Shown here: positions 14,737 to 24,379 of the stretch, piece after piece
Layout of the letters: every line of letters begins with the position of its first letter
Position numbering within the stretch: position 1 is the first letter of the stretch
IMG/VR virus record: IMGVR_UViG_3300032226_000124
Location: 1 to 35,133 of that record
Source of the DNA: a virus
Lineage: Duplodnaviria > Caudoviricetes
Length of the DNA: 35,133 bases
Strand: one strand, 5' to 3'
Notes under the pieces: model-generated
Seen by the model: the letters and a program-made list of their open reading frames with translations, nothing else
Databases searched by the model: none
Told to the model about the DNA's origin: nothing
Position numbers and translations under genes: made by a program

Positions 14737-15641
14737 GTCAGCGTGATCTTGATAGGGCCTATGGTCTACTAAAAGAGGCTCAGTGGAGTAAGGGATTTAA
14801 CCTATATGAGTGCCGTGAGATTCGTAAGGTTAAGTTTGCCCTTGGAATGAAGACACCGCTGTCTAGGTCCATCATCTGGGAGCCAGGGTATGATGTTAGA
14901 GATAGACACCTGATAGTCACTAACGAGCAAGGCGTTGGCGACACAATCATGTTCTCTAGGTTCATACCTCTGCTTAAGAAGCTGCCAGTAAAGTCTGTTA
15001 GTGTCTATATGCAAAAGCCACTGATGAACCTGATAGCCTCGCTCGCTGGTGTCGATGGTGTCTTAACTGATGAGAACTGCCAAGTACCGGCAATGCGGGT
15101 CAAGGTGATGTCTATACCGGCTCTGTTGCTACAGTACAATGTGTTTCCTATGGACGATGGAGGCCCTGTCTATGGCAGTGCTGGCTACTTCAAGTTTAAA
15201 GGTGTTAAGAAGACTAGCCAGATAGGGTTTTGCTGGTACAGCGACAATGATTCATGGAACGCTAGTGCCAAAGTTATTCCTAGAAACTTAGCAGAAAAGT
15301 TCTATAATCAGTTGACAAAGAAGCACAAAGTGGTATCATTACAGATTCAGCCTGACTTTATGCCAGAGCACTTGGATGGTAGAAGTTGGCTTGAAACGGC
15401 TAAGAAGATACAGTCATTGAAGGCAGTCGTAACTGTTGACACTGGTGTAGCGCACTTAGCAGGAGCACTTGGGGTAAGGACATTGAACTTGGTTGGCTCT
15501 GCATCAAAGACAGGATGGTTTTACCTGCCTACTGATACAGACAAGACTACATGGTATGACTCAGTGGAACTTATACGTTATGAACCTTATACTAACTGGG
15601 AGGCAGGGCTTGATGAAGCACTGAAAAGATTATGTCGTTGA
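14733..15641 (+). CDS. GT-B glycosyltransferase (GT9-like)
   Basis: EQGVGDTIMFSRF and VTVDTGVAHLAGALG motifs. Confidence 0.82.
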   Translation: MSQRDLDRAYGLLKEAQWSKGFNLYECREIRKVKFALGMKTPLSRSIIWEPGYDVRDRHLIVTNEQGVGDTIMFSRFIPLLKKLPVKSVSVYMQKPLMNLIASLAGVDGVLTDENCQVPAMRVKVMSIPALLLQYNVFPMDDGGPVYGSAGYFKFKGVKKTSQIGFCWYSDNDSWNASAKVIPRNLAEKFYNQLTKKHKVVSLQIQPDFMPEHLDGRSWLETAKKIQSLKAVVTVDTGVAHLAGALGVRTLNLVGSASKTGWFYLPTDTDKTTWYDSVELIRYEPYTNWEAGLDEALKRLCR

Positions 15642-15796
15642 CGATTAGAGATATAATGGAGCGAATGAAGAAGTTAGACGAAATTACAATCTTGGAAGTG
15701 CTAGATATTTCTTCAGAAGAACTAATAGAGAAGTTTGCCGATAAGATAGAAGATAAATTTGATGAATTGGAGATTGATTTAGATGACACCCTATAG
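15632..15796 (+). CDS. Small acidic protein (54 aa; not in ORF track)
   Basis: MSLTIRDIMERMKKLDEITILEVLDISSEELIEKFADKIEDKFDELEIDLDDTL bridges the GT and RNR genes with overlaps. Confidence 0.7.
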   Translation: MSLTIRDIMERMKKLDEITILEVLDISSEELIEKFADKIEDKFDELEIDLDDTL

Positions 15797-17672
15797 CACC
15801 TTTATTGCCAAGAGCCGGTACAGCCGGTTCATCCCTGATCAAAACCGCCGAGAGCACTGGGACGAGTCAGTAGACCGTTACTTTGCTTTTATGTTTGACC
15901 ACCTAGACAAGAACTACAAGTGGAGTCCTAACAATGACCTACGCCTAGAGCTTATTAGTGCAGTCAAGAACTTAGAAGTGATGCCTTCTATGAGGGCTAT
16001 CATGACCGCAGGTAAGGCCCTTGACCGGGACAACACTGCTGGCTACAACTGTTCTTATCTACCCGTTGATGACCCTAAAGCCTTTGATGAGGCTATGTAC
16101 ATCCTACTCTGTGGAACAGGTGTAGGCTTTTCTGTGGAGCACAAATATGTCGATCAGTTACCTGAAGTGCCAGATCAGTTGTTTGATTCTCAAACTACTA
16201 TTTCGGTTGCAGACTCTAAGGAAGGGTGGGCTAAGGCATTACGCCAACTCATCGCTTTACTATACTCTGGGGAAGTGGCAAGATACGACCTTAGCAGAAT
16301 TAGACCTGCTGGAGCCAGGCTCAAAACTTTTGGAGGACGTGCCTCTGGTCCCGGACCTTTGGACGAACTTTTTAAGTTCACTATTGCCAAATTTAGAGGA
16401 GCAGTTGGTAGAAAACTTACATCAATCGAGTGTCATGATATTCTCTGCAAAATCGGGGAAGTTGTTGTTGTCGGTGGGGTACGCAGGAGTGCAATGATTT
16501 CTCTGTCGGACCTTGAGGATGACCGTATGCGGTCTTGTAAATCTGGAAACTGGTGGGAACAAAATGGACATAGGGCACTCGCTAACAACTCAGCAACTTA
16601 TAACTCTAAACCAGACATTGGACAGTTTCTCCAAGAATGGACTAGCCTCTACAACAGCCACTCTGGAGAACGGGGAATCTTCTCAAGAGAAGCAAGTAAA
16701 AGCCAAGCTGCAAAGAACGGCAGACGTGATTCTAGTTTTGACTTCGGAACAAACCCCTGCTCAGAAATCATCCTGCGCCCCTACCAGTTCTGTAATCTCA
16801 CGGAAGTGGTTGTACGGGCAGAAGATACTGTAGAGTCTCTTGCTAACAAGATCAGGATAGCAACGATTTTGGGCACATTCCAGTCTACGATGACGCACTT
16901 CCCTTACCTGCGTAAGGTGTGGCAGAAGAACACCGAAGAAGAGCGTCTCTTGGGTGTATCGTTGACGGGTATCTTAGATAACAAATGGATGGGAGAGGTA
17001 AGTGACAGCACTGCGAAGGCTCTTGAACAACTACGGAAAGTCGCCGTTGATACCAACTCTGACCTTGCAACATTGTTGGGAATTCCTAGGTCTGCTGCGA
17101 TTACTTGTGTCAAACCTAGCGGCACTGTCTCTCAACTTGTTGATAGCGCCTCTGGTATTCATGCTCGACATAGCCAGTATTATATTCGCCGTGTTCGTGG
17201 AGATAAGAAAGACCCTCTCTCGGCGTTTCTGACCTCTGCTGGTATTCCTGCCGAAGATTGCGTAATGCGACCAGACAGCACAGTAGTCTTCTCATTTCCG
17301 ATGAAGGCTCCCGAAGGAGCACGGTTGCGTGATGATCTAACAGCAATTGAGCACCTCGATGTCTGGATGATGTATCAGCGGCACTGGTGTGAGCATAAGC
17401 CATCTGTGACCATCTCAGTCAAAGAAGATGAATGGATGGACGTAGGGGCTTGGGTGTTTAGGAACTTCGATGAAATCTCTGGTGTATCCTTCCTGCCTTG
17501 GGCTGGTGGTACATACCGACAGGCTCCTTATGAGGAATGCAGTAAAGAGCAGTACGAAGAGATGCTCTCTAAGATGCCTAAAGATATTAAATGGGACGAC
17601 TTAGTCGAAGTAGAAGACAATGTCGAAGGTGCACAAACATTAGCCTGCGTTGCTGGGCACTGCGAGATCTGA
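15783..17672 (+). CDS. nrdJ: Class II adenosylcobalamin-dependent ribonucleotide reductase
   Basis: YNCS, GTGVGFS, GGVRRSA, NPCSEI, FCNL, VKPSGTVSQL, C-terminal CVAGHC; no nrdB gene in the window. Confidence 0.93.
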   Translation: MTPYSTFIAKSRYSRFIPDQNRREHWDESVDRYFAFMFDHLDKNYKWSPNNDLRLELISAVKNLEVMPSMRAIMTAGKALDRDNTAGYNCSYLPVDDPKAFDEAMYILLCGTGVGFSVEHKYVDQLPEVPDQLFDSQTTISVADSKEGWAKALRQLIALLYSGEVARYDLSRIRPAGARLKTFGGRASGPGPLDELFKFTIAKFRGAVGRKLTSIECHDILCKIGEVVVVGGVRRSAMISLSDLEDDRMRSCKSGNWWEQNGHRALANNSATYNSKPDIGQFLQEWTSLYNSHSGERGIFSREASKSQAAKNGRRDSSFDFGTNPCSEIILRPYQFCNLTEVVVRAEDTVESLANKIRIATILGTFQSTMTHFPYLRKVWQKNTEEERLLGVSLTGILDNKWMGEVSDSTAKALEQLRKVAVDTNSDLATLLGIPRSAAITCVKPSGTVSQLVDSASGIHARHSQYYIRRVRGDKKDPLSAFLTSAGIPAEDCVMRPDSTVVFSFPMKAPEGARLRDDLTAIEHLDVWMMYQRHWCEHKPSVTISVKEDEWMDVGAWVFRNFDEISGVSFLPWAGGTYRQAPYEECSKEQYEEMLSKMPKDIKWDDLVEVEDNVEGAQTLACVAGHCEI

Positions 17673-17673
17673 C

Positions 17674-17796
17674 ATGACAGTATTACTGCACATCATCGGT
17701 GGTTGTATGTTGGGGTTTGAATACGTTGATGACTTTGAAGAGGAACACTGTGTCGTCATTGACCTGTTCATCCTCAGAATAATGGTTTTTTGGTAG
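17674..17796 (+). CDS. Small hypothetical protein (40 aa)
   Basis: MTVLLHIIGGCMLGFEYVDDFEEEHCVVIDLFILRIMVFW, between nrdJ and the terminator. Confidence 0.6.
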   Translation: MTVLLHIIGGCMLGFEYVDDFEEEHCVVIDLFILRIMVFW

Positions 17797-17816
17797 TCTA
17801 GGGTGTAGTACTTAAC

Positions 17817-17841
17817 GGGCCTCTTCGGAGGCTCTTTTTTT
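17817..17841 (+). terminator. Intrinsic terminator where the two arms converge
   Basis: GGGCCTC-TTCG-GAGGCTC stem with cUUCGg loop followed by T7; the U-tract on the minus strand is poor. Confidence 0.88.
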
Positions 17842-18319
17842 ATTCTTTCTCGTACATCTCTCTTTCGTGCTTACGGCGTTTGACAAGGCCAGGGAGTTCC
17901 CTACCACCAGCCTTTGTCCATGCCATAAAAGCCTCCGCAGCGCCTTCAAAGTCGCCACGGTTGTGCTTCATGCGGATTGTTGACCTTTGTAGATTGCCGA
18001 GTCCAACATTGAAGCTAAAGCTGACCAATGCGTCAAAGCGGCCTTGGGTAAGTCCTTGAGGGCATAGTCTAAGCACGCCTCGTTCAAAGATAGCCAAGTC
18101 TGCTGCCAAGATTCCATTGACTTCGTCCATTGTGAGAGTTCGATCCCACCCATCAGGGATTGCAAGTCCTTTACGTTCATCTAATTTTACCTTTATATGA
18201 TTAGGGTCAATAACATGACCAACACCAACAGTCCACAATATAGCAGGACAGCGGTAGGGACGAAATCTAACTCCTTCATCCTTTTTGATGCCCTCTATAC
18301 ACTCTTTTGATACATTCAC
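17840..18319 (-). CDS. Endolysin, GH24 lysozyme
   Basis: E-X8-C-X5-T triad (EGVRFRPYRCPAILWT), FDALVSFSFNVG, GLVKRR. GTG start overlaps the holin stop. Confidence 0.93.
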   Translation of the reverse strand: MNVSKECIEGIKKDEGVRFRPYRCPAILWTVGVGHVIDPNHIKVKLDERKGLAIPDGWDRTLTMDEVNGILAADLAIFERGVLRLCPQGLTQGRFDALVSFSFNVGLGNLQRSTIRMKHNRGDFEGAAEAFMAWTKAGGRELPGLVKRRKHEREMYEKE

Positions 18320-18819
18320 TTCTTGCCCCACTGACGAGAACCAAACCAGAAAGCAATGATTCCTGACAGCAAAGCCATCTCATCTTCAGAGAAGATAACA
18401 TCCGTAGCTGCGATAAACTGCTCTACAGACATACTACCGAGGCCACCCTGTAATAAGAAGTAGGTTAGCCCGATATTGATTAAAACCAGTTCTAGCACAA
18501 AGATAAAGGTCACAGCAGGCCTTACGATGCCATTAAGATTAACAACCCACTTAGAGGCGTTGTTCATAATAGCCTTGTCGTGCTCTAAAGCGGCTCCCTG
18601 GCGGTCTGCATCGGTCTGGAGGGCAATCTGGTCAGTCCTAATCTCCTCGACCCTCTGCTGGGCTAAAAAGCCCCTCTCTGCCAGTGCTAGTTCACGCTCA
18701 GTCTGCATCTGGGCTAGTTTAAGTTCCTGAGCCTTGTCAGCCCTGTCTTGGAAGAAGTTCAGTACCTGTGGCAGTCCAGAGGCAAAGAAGCCGATAGCGG
18801 AGGATATAAGGGATAGCAT
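18316..18819 (-). CDS. Probable holin (3TM/GTA-holin-like)
   Basis: VRP.VT and IIAFWFGSR motifs, hydrophobic helices, adjacent to the lysozyme. Confidence 0.7.
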   Translation of the reverse strand: MLSLISSAIGFFASGLPQVLNFFQDRADKAQELKLAQMQTERELALAERGFLAQQRVEEIRTDQIALQTDADRQGAALEHDKAIMNNASKWVVNLNGIVRPAVTFIFVLELVLINIGLTYFLLQGGLGSMSVEQFIAATDVIFSEDEMALLSGIIAFWFGSRQWGKK

Positions 18820-18827
18820 AGGGTTCC

Positions 18828-19268
18828 TTAGGGTTTATAACCGACTACATAGGCAAAACTAACTAGCACCAAAGCAGCTAAGAAGCAATACAGCTTCAGT
18901 TCAGCCAGTTTCTTTAGGTCTCTGCCGTACTCATCAGTTAGGTTTTTATTGTCTTTTAGTATGCGCTCTTTAATGACTTCTATCTCAGCCCAGGCAGCAG
19001 GGCCGTACTTCTCGATGATGTCGTGTTTGAGTTCTTCTTCTATCTTCTTAATTTCGTAGACTCCACGCCATTCTTCAACGGCAGAGAACACAGAGGTGTC
19101 TTTGGGCCTGTTTAGCTGCTTCTTGCGGAAGGCGGCTCTGGCCTGCACATCAGCCTTGCCAAGGTCTTGGATGTCCTTGGTGACTGACTCCAGTTCCTTG
19201 CCTACCGCCAATGCCTCTTTGATGCCAGCGACAGCAGCCTTGGCAACTTGAGTGACTGGTTCGCTCAT
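18828..19268 (-). CDS. Coiled-coil protein with C-terminal TM helix (lysis-region hypothetical)
   Basis: LYCFLAALVLVSFAYVV at the C-terminus. Confidence 0.7.
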   Translation of the reverse strand: MSEPVTQVAKAAVAGIKEALAVGKELESVTKDIQDLGKADVQARAAFRKKQLNRPKDTSVFSAVEEWRGVYEIKKIEEELKHDIIEKYGPAAWAEIEVIKERILKDNKNLTDEYGRDLKKLAELKLYCFLAALVLVSFAYVVGYKP

Positions 19269-19269
19269 G

Positions 19270-21201
19270 TTACTGGCCTACTTCTGCTTCTAACCGCTGT
19301 AACTCTTCTTTCTCTGCATCTGTTAAGCCAACTGGCTGTGCCTTCTGTTCTGATCTAGCAGTTAGGTCTTCACCAGTGATACCCGCACGTTCAAAAGCCC
19401 CTGTAGCCTTTAGGAATAGATTCTTACCTATAGGTGTACCAGTTTGCTGAGACTTAATAATCCCCAGGGCGGCATTGGTGGCTTCGGGCGATGTTGCTGC
19501 TTTTGCCCAAAAACGAGGACCTAAAAGGATAGTGCCTCCAAGCAAAGCAGTCTTAACTGGGTTATCAGCGGCAACGCCCCTGGCTTCGTCACTGAGCACT
19601 AAAGCACCAACTGAACCAAGAGCACCAATGGTCTGTGCCTGTTGTGCAGCCAAGAACAGCGGAGCCGTAGCACTAGGCTGTACTTCTGACAGTCGAGCAG
19701 CTTCTAATAGAGTTTTAATACGCCCCTGCGTTGCCTTTGGCAATACTGCCTCAAATGTACGGCGAACTGTCTCATCGTTCTTAATCTTATCGCCTAGTTT
19801 GGCAAAAGAACCCTCAGACTTAAGAAGATTCTCAAGATACCCACGCTGTACTGACTCTAGTGTTTGCTGAACATTTAGTTTAGGATTTAACTGCTTTGCT
19901 CTTCCTAAAGCCTGTTTTGCCTCTTCCCAAGCAGTTACGTTACCGTTTTGGAAGATAGATTTACCAACAAACTCTGGGTCTTTATTAAGTAACTTTGATG
20001 CCGTATCTGAATACAAATCCTGAATACTATCCCTATAGAACTTAGAATAGAACTTGTATTGCTGTGCTAAATTACCAGACTGCTCTTCTGCAAGTCTTCC
20101 CTCAAACGGAATTGCGGTACCAGAAAACTTAGAACCGGCAACGTCCATTTGTTTCTCTAAGTCGCTTACTAACTTACTTAGACGAAATACAGTCTTAGAA
20201 TCTGGCTCTGAGGACCTTTTCAGATCACGAAGAGTTGTCTTTAGTGATGATGCTATATCGTGTGCCTGAGCAAACCCAATATTATCAGGCAACACATTTA
20301 TTGCTTCAATGTATCCACGCTCTTTAGAACCTAAAGTTAAACCACCAAGAGCATCAGCAGATTGTAGAACTTTTGTAGCATCTCCTTTGATACTAGAAAG
20401 AGATACAGGCTGCTGTGCAATCTTTGGTGCCTTATCTAAAGCCTCATAAAAAGGCCTAGTTAGGCTTTTAAGAGCATCATCGCCTTCTTGGATTGCCGTT
20501 GCAAACTCTTTACCAGTCTGTAGACTGTCATAAATTCTGTTAGATGTCTCATCAAGGGCTTTATTTTTAGCACTTGCAATAGCCTCAACATTCTTTTCAG
20601 CAGCCTTTTCAAACACAGGCTTACCAGTAAAGGAACCCCTAGCTAGCGACTCTTTAAAGCCAGCCCAAGAATCTTTAGTGGCTTGGAATGGTGTTAGTGT
20701 TCCACCGCCCTCTTGTAACAACTTCTGAGCAGCTACAATAGCGTCTTCTGGGGGTGTTCCAGCAAACCTTTTAGACAAGGCATCTTTTGTGATTTGAAAG
20801 GCCCTACCACCGGCACTAAACACAAGATTACCTATGCCGTCATAAGCAGCCTGCTCAACACCACCACGAATAATACCTAAAGTTGACCTAACAGATGGTG
20901 TAATACCTTCAATACCCATCTTTGCGGCTTCACCCGTAGCACCACCCAAACCAGCACCAATCATGCTACGAATAGCAGCAGACCCCAAACCAGCCCCATA
21001 TTCTACACCAGGAGCACTTCTTGTTAGCAAGCCTCCAGCAACACCGCCTATCATTCCACCTAATGATGGTAGGCTTTCCACAACCGCTTGTTTAAACTCT
21101 TCTCCGGGTGTTTTTGGCCTAGAGCCTCTGACCATAACAGAATCAGCAAGTTCTGTCTCAAGCCTTGTTAGTTCTTCTTGCTCTTGGGGTGTTAACGCCA
21201 T
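19270..21201 (-). CDS. Probable internal virion / DNA ejection protein (643 aa)
   Basis: Ala/Gly-rich helical sequence with GxxxG stretches; third of three genes after the tail genes. Confidence 0.65.
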   Translation of the reverse strand: MALTPQEQEELTRLETELADSVMVRGSRPKTPGEEFKQAVVESLPSLGGMIGGVAGGLLTRSAPGVEYGAGLGSAAIRSMIGAGLGGATGEAAKMGIEGITPSVRSTLGIIRGGVEQAAYDGIGNLVFSAGGRAFQITKDALSKRFAGTPPEDAIVAAQKLLQEGGGTLTPFQATKDSWAGFKESLARGSFTGKPVFEKAAEKNVEAIASAKNKALDETSNRIYDSLQTGKEFATAIQEGDDALKSLTRPFYEALDKAPKIAQQPVSLSSIKGDATKVLQSADALGGLTLGSKERGYIEAINVLPDNIGFAQAHDIASSLKTTLRDLKRSSEPDSKTVFRLSKLVSDLEKQMDVAGSKFSGTAIPFEGRLAEEQSGNLAQQYKFYSKFYRDSIQDLYSDTASKLLNKDPEFVGKSIFQNGNVTAWEEAKQALGRAKQLNPKLNVQQTLESVQRGYLENLLKSEGSFAKLGDKIKNDETVRRTFEAVLPKATQGRIKTLLEAARLSEVQPSATAPLFLAAQQAQTIGALGSVGALVLSDEARGVAADNPVKTALLGGTILLGPRFWAKAATSPEATNAALGIIKSQQTGTPIGKNLFLKATGAFERAGITGEDLTARSEQKAQPVGLTDAEKEELQRLEAEVGQ

Positions 21202-22355
21202 TACTGGCCTCCTTGTTTTTTCCGCAACTCATCTATCCGTCTTTGTTTGGCTTCACGCTCACTAATTTGCCTTTTAGCCTGGTCTATTGCTTTTTTACGG
21301 TTTTCAACAAAGTTAAACTTATTTAAATCACCACCACTAGCAACATATTCTTGAGCGCCCTGATTCTCAATCTCAGATGCTAATGCATCTGTACGAAGAC
21401 GCTTAGTAACAGTCCGTAAAGTATTAACAGTAAAGTTACCAGTTCCGATAGCCTCACGCAAGAATGCCAATTCCTTCTCAGACAACGCACCCGGAAGACT
21501 ACGAGCCTGTCCTTGCGCCAACTGGGCAAGTAACTGTTTTAATTGCTCTGTGTCCGATGTTCCAGTAACAGTGGCTCCAAAAGCCTCTGCAATCTGACCA
21601 ACACGCAACTTAGCATCTGATCCAAAGCCAGTAAACGCTGTATCTAAAACACGGTCAATAGAATTGGCTGTTTCAATTGTTTTAGCACCCTGAAGAGCAG
21701 CTTCTTCAACTTTACCAAGTTGTGTAGCTTTTCCTGGCAATGTTGCTTTTTCTGTTGGTGTTTGAGGAGGAGCACCGGCAGCGGCTTTTTTACGCTCTGC
21801 TTCATCACGTTCTGCTCTAAACCGTCTAGCACCCTCATCAGTACCAAAGTCTCGAATTAACTCATTTAGACGAGTACGATCAGCAATGGTTAGAGGCGCT
21901 TCTGTTTTCTCCCTAGTTGCCTGAGCCAAGGACGCTATACCAGCAGCCTTTCTCTGGAAGCCCTGCATCTGCTCAGCCTCTAACTTAGCGGCCTGTACAG
22001 CAGCTTGTTGAGCCAAGGTAGTTACACCCAATCTAGCCGCAGAGGAAGATAACTTCTTAAAGAAATCTGGTGAAGAGGCATCGCCACCTGAGGCATCTAA
22101 GGCTTCTTGGTAGGCTTGCTGTCCCAGCTGTGCCTGCTGTAGCCTTGGGTCCTGCACCGAGGGAAGCCCAAATAAAGTATTGACAACCCCACCCAAGGCA
22201 CTGCCTAACTGCTGACCAGCCCTAGCAGAACCAAGCAAGGTAATCTGCTGAGGGGTTAACTTAGCCTGCTCTAATAGATTACGCTCTCTTTCAGCATCAA
22301 TAGCCTGCTTAATTAGTTCGGGGTTATAAGAACCAAATAATGTTTGCTCTGCCAT
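21201..22355 (-). CDS. Probable internal virion / ejection protein (384 aa)
   Basis: Ala/Gln-rich, GALSEKE motif, gene position. Confidence 0.65.
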   Translation of the reverse strand: MAEQTLFGSYNPELIKQAIDAERERNLLEQAKLTPQQITLLGSARAGQQLGSALGGVVNTLFGLPSVQDPRLQQAQLGQQAYQEALDASGGDASSPDFFKKLSSSAARLGVTTLAQQAAVQAAKLEAEQMQGFQRKAAGIASLAQATREKTEAPLTIADRTRLNELIRDFGTDEGARRFRAERDEAERKKAAAGAPPQTPTEKATLPGKATQLGKVEEAALQGAKTIETANSIDRVLDTAFTGFGSDAKLRVGQIAEAFGATVTGTSDTEQLKQLLAQLAQGQARSLPGALSEKELAFLREAIGTGNFTVNTLRTVTKRLRTDALASEIENQGAQEYVASGGDLNKFNFVENRKKAIDQAKRQISEREAKQRRIDELRKKQGGQ

Positions 22356-22366
22356 TTCTATTTCCT

Positions 22367-23419
22367 TTAGTAAGGGCTGTAACCACCACTCATGTTTTCA
22401 AAGCCTGAAGATGATCCATAATAACCACCTGATGTGTCAATGTCTGGGTTATAGGCAAAACCGCTACCGCTACCTGTTCCCATTGGATAATATGGGGTTG
22501 CTTGGCTTATAGGTGCTGGTGCTTGTTTCTGACCAAAACCAAGTTGGTTAAAGAATTTGTCCATTAGATTCTGACCTGCTAACTGATTAGCGGCAATCTG
22601 ATATTGTCTTCCACCAAGTTGAGTTGATGCTGCTGCCATACCACCACGCAGGAGCGCTTCTCCGGCCTGTGCTCCAGCAGTAGCTGATCTGCCACCCAAC
22701 TGAGCACCAATATCCAGAGGTTGCTGACCTGCCTGCTCAAGCAACTGAGATAAACCAAACTGAGACTGGAATGGTGCTAATGCCGTTGTACCTAGTCTAG
22801 CGGCTTCTCCAAACAAACCAGTTCCGTAAGAAATACGATCTCTTGCCGCTTGCTCTGCCTGTGCAGCCAGTTGAAGGTCCTGTGTGCGCCTTGCAGTAGC
22901 CAATGCAGCCAACTCAGGCTGACCTACATCACCGATGTTGAGGCCTGCACGACCACGACCAAATACAGAAGCACCTAAGCGTTGCTCTTCACGCTGACGG
23001 ATAGGGTCAAGCATTGCATACTGTTCTTGCAAATACTTGCTACGGGCCTGCTCTGGGGTCTGTGCAAGATATTGTTGACCAAGACCAAACAAGGTCTGAG
23101 AAGGCGCTACAGCCTGTTCTGCAAGTCCTAGACTGTCTCCATAGAGGGTAGATAGCCTGTTTTGAAGAGCCTGTATCTCTGGCGATGTAGTATAACTAGC
23201 ACCGCTAAGACGGCCTTCAGGCCCATACTGGAACTGTGACTGTCCAAACCTAGTAGAGATACCTACAGGCCTAAACCGGGCTTCTTCGGCTGCTATTCTT
23301 GCAGCTTGTAATTGAGCCTGCGCTGCTTCTCTGGATGCGGCTGCTTGTTGTTTAGCTGCTGATCTAGAAGAAAGCCCTCCTATTATCGAACTTCCTATAA
23401 CGGCGGCTGCCATTGGCAT
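22367..23419 (-). CDS. Probable DNA transfer / pilot protein (350 aa)
   Basis: Hydrophobic Gly/Ala N-terminus followed by an Ala/Gln-rich helix, as in P22 gp7-like proteins. Confidence 0.65.
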   Translation of the reverse strand: MPMAAAVIGSSIIGGLSSRSAAKQQAAASREAAQAQLQAARIAAEEARFRPVGISTRFGQSQFQYGPEGRLSGASYTTSPEIQALQNRLSTLYGDSLGLAEQAVAPSQTLFGLGQQYLAQTPEQARSKYLQEQYAMLDPIRQREEQRLGASVFGRGRAGLNIGDVGQPELAALATARRTQDLQLAAQAEQAARDRISYGTGLFGEAARLGTTALAPFQSQFGLSQLLEQAGQQPLDIGAQLGGRSATAGAQAGEALLRGGMAAASTQLGGRQYQIAANQLAGQNLMDKFFNQLGFGQKQAPAPISQATPYYPMGTGSGSGFAYNPDIDTSGGYYGSSSGFENMSGGYSPY

Positions 23420-23423
23420 AATA

Positions 23424-23717
23424 CTACTCCTTAATTAAAACTTCATCAATGTTGTTAATGTCTGTTTCGTTGGTAGCATGGATACAGTACCAAACACAGT
23501 CCTCTAATGCTAAGACACCATGATGTTTATCGGCTTTGATATTAAAACAGTGCGGTGCTTCAATATCAAAAACTTCATCATCTACTACAACTTTTACCTT
23601 GCCTTTAGCAAGAATAGACAAATGGTCGTGCTTATGCTTGTGCTGAACAATCTGTGAGCCTTTAGGAAACAAGCATTCCTTAGCGTATAAGTTATCTGAA
23701 AAATGATGTGTAATCAT
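23424..23717 (-). CDS. Cupin-domain protein
   Basis: HHFS..LYAKE, HKHKHDH, H...ALED..W.CIH; ATGA-coupled start at 23717. Confidence 0.8.
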   Translation of the reverse strand: MITHHFSDNLYAKECLFPKGSQIVQHKHKHDHLSILAKGKVKVVVDDEVFDIEAPHCFNIKADKHHGVLALEDCVWYCIHATNETDINNIDEVLIKE

Positions 23718-24379
23718 GTTTTCATAATGTAGCAAAGAGCATAGTACGGGGGCAGGTTAGCATTAGTGCCCGAAGAACCTGTCGAGGCGTTAGTGGTAGC
23801 CACTGTAATACCAGTAACAGCACTTCCTGTGGCCCTATTACTTCCTTGCCCAAAAGAGGAACCTCCGTTTGCACCAGTAGATGCAGCAAAAGGCTGGTCC
23901 GCTAAATGAGTGTGGCCTGGATCAGTTACCGTAGAAGTTGCTGTGTGCGTGTGTGCCACAACAATTGCATTAGCAGAACCGCCTGTGTCTCCTACAGCGT
24001 AAGTAGACCCAGCACCAATAACAAACTTATCTCTTAAGTCTGGTGTTGAATTAGAGCCGTTACACAATACCCACCCAGTAGGTATAGCCGCAGCAGATCC
24101 TGACCAGATAATGATACCGCCACTAGGAAACGCTGCTGCTACTGCTGCGCTAACAAAGGCTGTACTAGCAATCTGTGTTGTGCTGGTCCCTGAAGCGGCT
24201 GTAGGTGCTAACGGCGTACCTGTAAAGGTAGGGCTGTTGCTGTCTGCCTTGGATGATATGGCAGAGGCAATGGCGGTGTATTCCGCATCAATCTCAGTGC
24301 CTTTGATAACCTTTGATGGATTACCAGTGCTGAGTGCGTCTTTAGATGCAAAGTTAGTTGCTTTTGTGTAATTGCTCAT
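23714..24379 (-). CDS. Short tail fibre/needle protein with collar domain
   Basis: P.G.I..WSG...IPTGWVLCNG..TPDLRDKFVIGAG; HTH repeats; PPYYALCYIMK end. Confidence 0.82.
   Translation of the reverse strand: MSNYTKATNFASKDALSTGNPSKVIKGTEIDAEYTAIASAISSKADSNSPTFTGTPLAPTAASGTSTTQIASTAFVSAAVAAAFPSGGIIIWSGSAAAIPTGWVLCNGSNSTPDLRDKFVIGAGSTYAVGDTGGSANAIVVAHTHTATSTVTDPGHTHLADQPFAASTGANGGSSFGQGSNRATGSAVTGITVATTNASTGSSGTNANLPPYYALCYIMKT

Noticed and set aside
3534-17796. Integrase, repressor, RNA polymerase, reverse transcriptase, intein, intron or tRNA
   Set aside because: No such motifs seen; polymerase, helicase, terminase and RNR are uninterrupted and of normal or compact length.
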